A stretch of 64,000 nucleotides of DNA. Origin: Nannocystis bainbridge (GTDB lineage Bacteria > Myxococcota_A > Polyangia > Nannocystales > Nannocystaceae). The position numbers and the translations under genes are program-made. How positions within the stretch are numbered: the stretch's first letter is position 1; every line of letters starts with the position of its first letter. The notes below the pieces were generated by a model that saw only the letters and a list, made by a program, of their open reading frames with translations, had not been told where the DNA came from and ran no database searches. Of the stretch, positions 60,907 through 64,000 are shown one piece after another. Location of the stretch: assembly GCF_028368995.1 (NCBI RefSeq), contig NZ_JAQNDL010000002.1, forward strand, positions 1,504,001-1,568,000, given 5' to 3'.

Positions 60907-62262
60907 TTACAATCTCCTCTGCAGTACCGCGAAGCGGCGGAGGGCCTTCACGTAGGCCAGCCGGATCACCCCGGTCGCGCCGTGACGGTTCTTGGCGACC
61001 AGGATCTCGGCCGTGCCCGCGACCTCCGCGAGCCTTTGCCGGTTCTGGGACGAGCCATCGATCAAGTAGAGCTCTTCACGGAACACGAACAGCGCCGCGG
61101 ATGCGTCGTATTCGAGCCGGCCGCACTCCCGCAGATCGGCGAGCCCTGGCCGGTGCCCTTGACGTGCCTCGCTGGCGCGGTTCAGGGCCGCGATCACCAG
61201 AATGGGGATCGCCAGGTCCTTCGACAGCCGCTTGAGGGCTCGGCTGATCTCGGCGACCTCGAGGTCGCGCCGCTCGTAGCCGCCCGGCGTCTCGGTCGCT
61301 TTGACCAGCTGGACGTAGTCCAGAACGATCAGGCCCATCCCGTCGGGGTTGAGCCGCCGCCACTCTCGGGCCCGCTCCTCGATCTGCGTGATCGTGAAGC
61401 TCTCGCAGTCGATCGACAGACGCCCGGCCGCGATCCGTTCGGCCGCGTCAAAAATCGCGTCGCTGGATTCGTCGTCCAGGATGCGGGCGGCGACCTTCTT
61501 TGCGTCGATGCCCGACTCTTGGGCCAGCAGCGCCTCGACCACCTCGGCCTCGGGCATTTCCAGCTCGATCAGCAGGACCGGCCGCACCGGATCGTCGCCC
61601 AGCTCGCGCTGGATGTTCCGGGGCACCGCGAGCGCGCGGGCGACCTGCAGCGCGAGGGAGGTCTTGCCATGCCCTGGCCTCCCACCGAGGACGTAGACGT
61701 TGCCCGGCCGCATCCCGCCGACCATCTCGTCGATCTGCGGGATGCCCCACGACAAGCGCGGCGGCGGTCCCTCTTTCCACGCGCGGAAGAGGTCGGCGAT
61801 CGCATCGCGGGCCGTCCGGAGGCCGGTCCCGTCCCGGCGGGTCTCGGCCACGCGAGCCGCCCGGATCCGCAGCTCGGCCGGGTCGGCGTCGGGCGCCCCG
61901 CAGCGTTCGGCGAGGTCGAGCGCGGCGAACCGAAGCTCCCGCAGCGTACCCAGCCGCCGCAACTCGGCGGCGTGGCGCGGGAGCGTCGCGCGCGGCGCAG
62001 ACGCGTCGGCGAGGCCACTCAGGTACACCAGATCGACGAGCTTGGGGTGGCGCTGGCGCAGCTCGGCGTCGACGGTCACCGGGTCGACCTGCACCCCGCG
62101 CGCCGCAAGCTCGCGGGCGGTCATTACGATCTCCGCGAGGCCGCGCGCGGTGAAGTCCTCGGCGGGCCGGAGCGTCGCCACGGCATCGAGCGCCGCGGCA
62201 CCGAAGACGAGCACCGCGCCCACGACGGCGCGCTCGGTTGGCACGTGTGCCTGGCAGCTCAT
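60907..62262 (-). CDS. dnaB: DnaB-like replicative helicase (element-borne)
   Basis: ERAVVGAVL, GGRPGHGKTS (Walker A), LEMP, IVLDYVQL, EISRALKRLSKDL, LADLRECGRLEYDA, AKNRHG. Confidence 0.92.
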   Translation of the reverse strand: MSCQAHVPTERAVVGAVLVFGAAALDAVATLRPAEDFTARGLAEIVMTARELAARGVQVDPVTVDAELRQRHPKLVDLVYLSGLADASAPRATLPRHAAELRRLGTLRELRFAALDLAERCGAPDADPAELRIRAARVAETRRDGTGLRTARDAIADLFRAWKEGPPPRLSWGIPQIDEMVGGMRPGNVYVLGGRPGHGKTSLALQVARALAVPRNIQRELGDDPVRPVLLIELEMPEAEVVEALLAQESGIDAKKVAARILDDESSDAIFDAAERIAAGRLSIDCESFTITQIEERAREWRRLNPDGMGLIVLDYVQLVKATETPGGYERRDLEVAEISRALKRLSKDLAIPILVIAALNRASEARQGHRPGLADLRECGRLEYDASAALFVFREELYLIDGSSQNRQRLAEVAGTAEILVAKNRHGATGVIRLAYVKALRRFAVLQRRL

Positions 62263-62921
62263 CGGACCCCCGTCGCCGCTCGCAGCCGGCGCAGACCCGC
62301 GGCCCGAAGCACCATCACCCAGTTACGCGACAAGCTCAGGCGGGGGGCCATCTGCGACGGCGTGTCCCCGTGGGCGTGCCACAGCACGATCTGGCGCGTG
62401 CGCGGGTCCAGTCGCGAGAACGCCTCCCGCACCTGCTCGAAGCGACGCTGGTCCTCGACTCGTTCATCGAGCGGCCGGGCGTCACGATCCGGCGGCCCGC
62501 CCAGACGTTCCTCGCACTCGCGGCTTTCGCCATCGCGGCCCCGGCCCCGCCTGCCCCATGCGCCAGGGCCGATCCGACGCGAGCGCGCCTGATCTTCCTC
62601 GGACCGCGACCACCAGGGTTGCGCCGCGCCCTCGCCGAATTGCCTCGCTTGAGCGCGCAGCGCGTCACGCAGGCGCCAGCGCGCCCACGTGGTCCAGCGC
62701 GAACCGCAGTCGGGTTGATACGAGCGTGCGGCGCTCAAGAGTGCCTCGCCGACCACCTCCTCGGCCTCGTCCGCGGCGAGGCCGATCCGCGGCGCCAGGG
62801 CGCGCGCGTGATTGAGGGCGACGCGATACACCGCGGCGACGAGGGCCGCCTCGCCGCGGCGCCGGTCTACGCGAAGCAGCGCGACCAGGGTCGCCTCGAG
62901 CTCTCGCTCCAGGGTCAGCAC
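62259..62921 (-). CDS. sigma-70-family RNA polymerase sigma factor
   Basis: EALLSAARSYQPDCGSRWTTWARWRLRDALR (region 2); AFSRLDPRTRQIVLWH...SQMAPRLSLSRNWV..LRAAGLRRLR (region 4). Confidence 0.8.
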   Translation of the reverse strand: MLTLERELEATLVALLRVDRRRGEAALVAAVYRVALNHARALAPRIGLAADEAEEVVGEALLSAARSYQPDCGSRWTTWARWRLRDALRAQARQFGEGAAQPWWSRSEEDQARSRRIGPGAWGRRGRGRDGESRECEERLGGPPDRDARPLDERVEDQRRFEQVREAFSRLDPRTRQIVLWHAHGDTPSQMAPRLSLSRNWVMVLRAAGLRRLRAATGVR

Positions 62922-63663
62922 GGAGGGGCCTCCGCGCGGGGCCACCACGGCCGCGCGAGCAGCCGGTCGGCGAGCATGGACGCTGTCACGGTCGCCCGGG
63001 GCTCGGGCGGGGCGCCGGCGAGCCGGGCCGCCCGCCACCCGTCACGCGTCCACCAGCGCACGGCGGCGCGGTCCGGCCGGGGCAACGGCGCGAGCAGGCG
63101 GCGCAACCTCTCGAGCCCCACGTGACGGAGCACGCGCACCGCGGCGACCCGCTCGCCCGGCGCATCGGGGACGGCCGCGCCGATCGATTCTGCGGCGCGG
63201 AGCGGATCGGAGGCGCCCGCCAGCGTCCACCCGGTCATCAGGCGCCCGCCCACGCGACGCCGATCGCGGACGATCGCCCCCGCGGCTTCAAGCCGGCGCA
63301 GTTGCCGGTAAATCGTCGACCTGTCCACCCCGAGATCCTCGGCCATCGACGACGGCGTGGGCGCGGCCCAGCCGTCCGCTAGCCGCAGTCGGAGATAGGC
63401 GAGGAGGCCGTTCGACGGCGGCGCTTGCTGCTTTCGTAGGTTCGTAGCGCCAGCTCGCCGCAGGCTCGCGCGGCGCGGCGTGTCCGGGCGGACAGGTCGA
63501 TCGCCGGGCCGCCGATGCCCCACACGAGCCACGGCCACGGGCCCGGGGCGACCGATCGCGTTTGGACCACATGGGGGCCGTCTACGGGCCCGAGAATCCA
63601 GACGCCCGACCCGGGCGCCGACTCCCGCCACGACTGCTTCTTCGGACCTGTCCCTTTGACCAC
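62915..63663 (-). CDS. winged-HTH protein, probably one gene with a frameshift near 63410
   Basis: LLAYLRLR...PTPSSMAEDLGVDRSTIYRQLRRLEAAGAIVR lacks its own start; one extra C in ACGGCCTCC would fuse it to ORF 63379-63663. Confidence 0.5.
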
Positions 63664-63999
63664 TCACGCGCCCCCCTCGACTTGTGCGCACCGCCACGCC
63701 GCAGCGAGCCCGACATCGCGTTCCTCCCAGGGCGACATGCCGCCCAGGGTCCGCGCGAGCCGCTCGGCGACGAGGAGCGCCGACTCCAGATCCGCACACT
63801 CCCGCGACCGGAGCGCGCCGTGGCTCGTCGCCGACGCCCGCCACGGCTCGCGGGACTCCGGCGAGGCCGGCCCCCTCACCTCGGCGCGGACGCCCGCGAA
63901 CACCCGCACCAGCTCGCGCGAGTCGTCGGGCCGCTGCCACCCCGATCCAGGCGCCGACCCGGGCCAGGCCAGGCCCGCCGGGCCCGCCAGATCCCACGC
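63664..63999 (-). CDS. hypothetical protein, 5' end outside the window
   Basis: Frame open to the window edge; stop abuts the next start. Confidence 0.45.
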   Translation of the reverse strand, partial: AWDLAGPAGLAWPGSAPGSGWQRPDDSRELVRVFAGVRAEVRGPASPESREPWRASATSHGALRSRECADLESALLVAERLARTLGGMSPWEERDVGLAAAWRCAQVEGGA

Positions 64000-64000
64000 G

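Larger units (their letters stand above)
29449..64000. mobile_element. tRNA-Arg-integrated provirus-like element, right end outside the window
   Basis: att-like tRNA half at the left edge; DnaB, sigma factor, HTH genes, MTase, polyvalent protein, overlapping small ORFs and lower-GC cargo; integrase not seen in the window. Confidence 0.8.

Overview
High-GC window that looks myxobacterial (Nannocystis-like; inferred from the Thr/Ser-rich lipoprotein families and Ser/Thr kinases). It has three parts. (1) 1-29.4 kb is chromosomal backbone (UbiA-family gene, dtd, lepA-lepB, TetR/NmrA, lipoproteins), interrupted by a decayed accessory patch at ~3-16 kb. That patch holds two TPR-thioredoxin lipoproteins, xerC-like remnants, an IS66 scrap and relics of virus-like genes, and ends at a clear dif-like XerC/D site (15943-15970). 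(2) At 29449-29498 lies the isolated 3' half of a tRNA-Arg(CCT) next to a terminator hairpin, read as an att junction. (3) From there an integrated element of more than 34 kb runs off the right edge. It carries a DnaB helicase, a sigma factor, HTH regulators, a DNA methyltransferase, candidate defence cargo and host-type cargo. It also has a ~12 kb co-oriented gene block of single-pass membrane proteins, LysM and murein-endopeptidase proteins, a possible capsid-like protein, a histone-like/ddrB-ParB polyvalent protein and a CDP-alcohol phosphatidyltransferase. No terminase, portal, HK97 capsid, tail, packaging ATPase or conjugation genes are recognisable inside the window. The best candidate for an undescribed system is this element, as a tailless, probably membrane-containing provirus or vesicle-borne element. 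All product calls come from motif recognition by eye; no searches were run.
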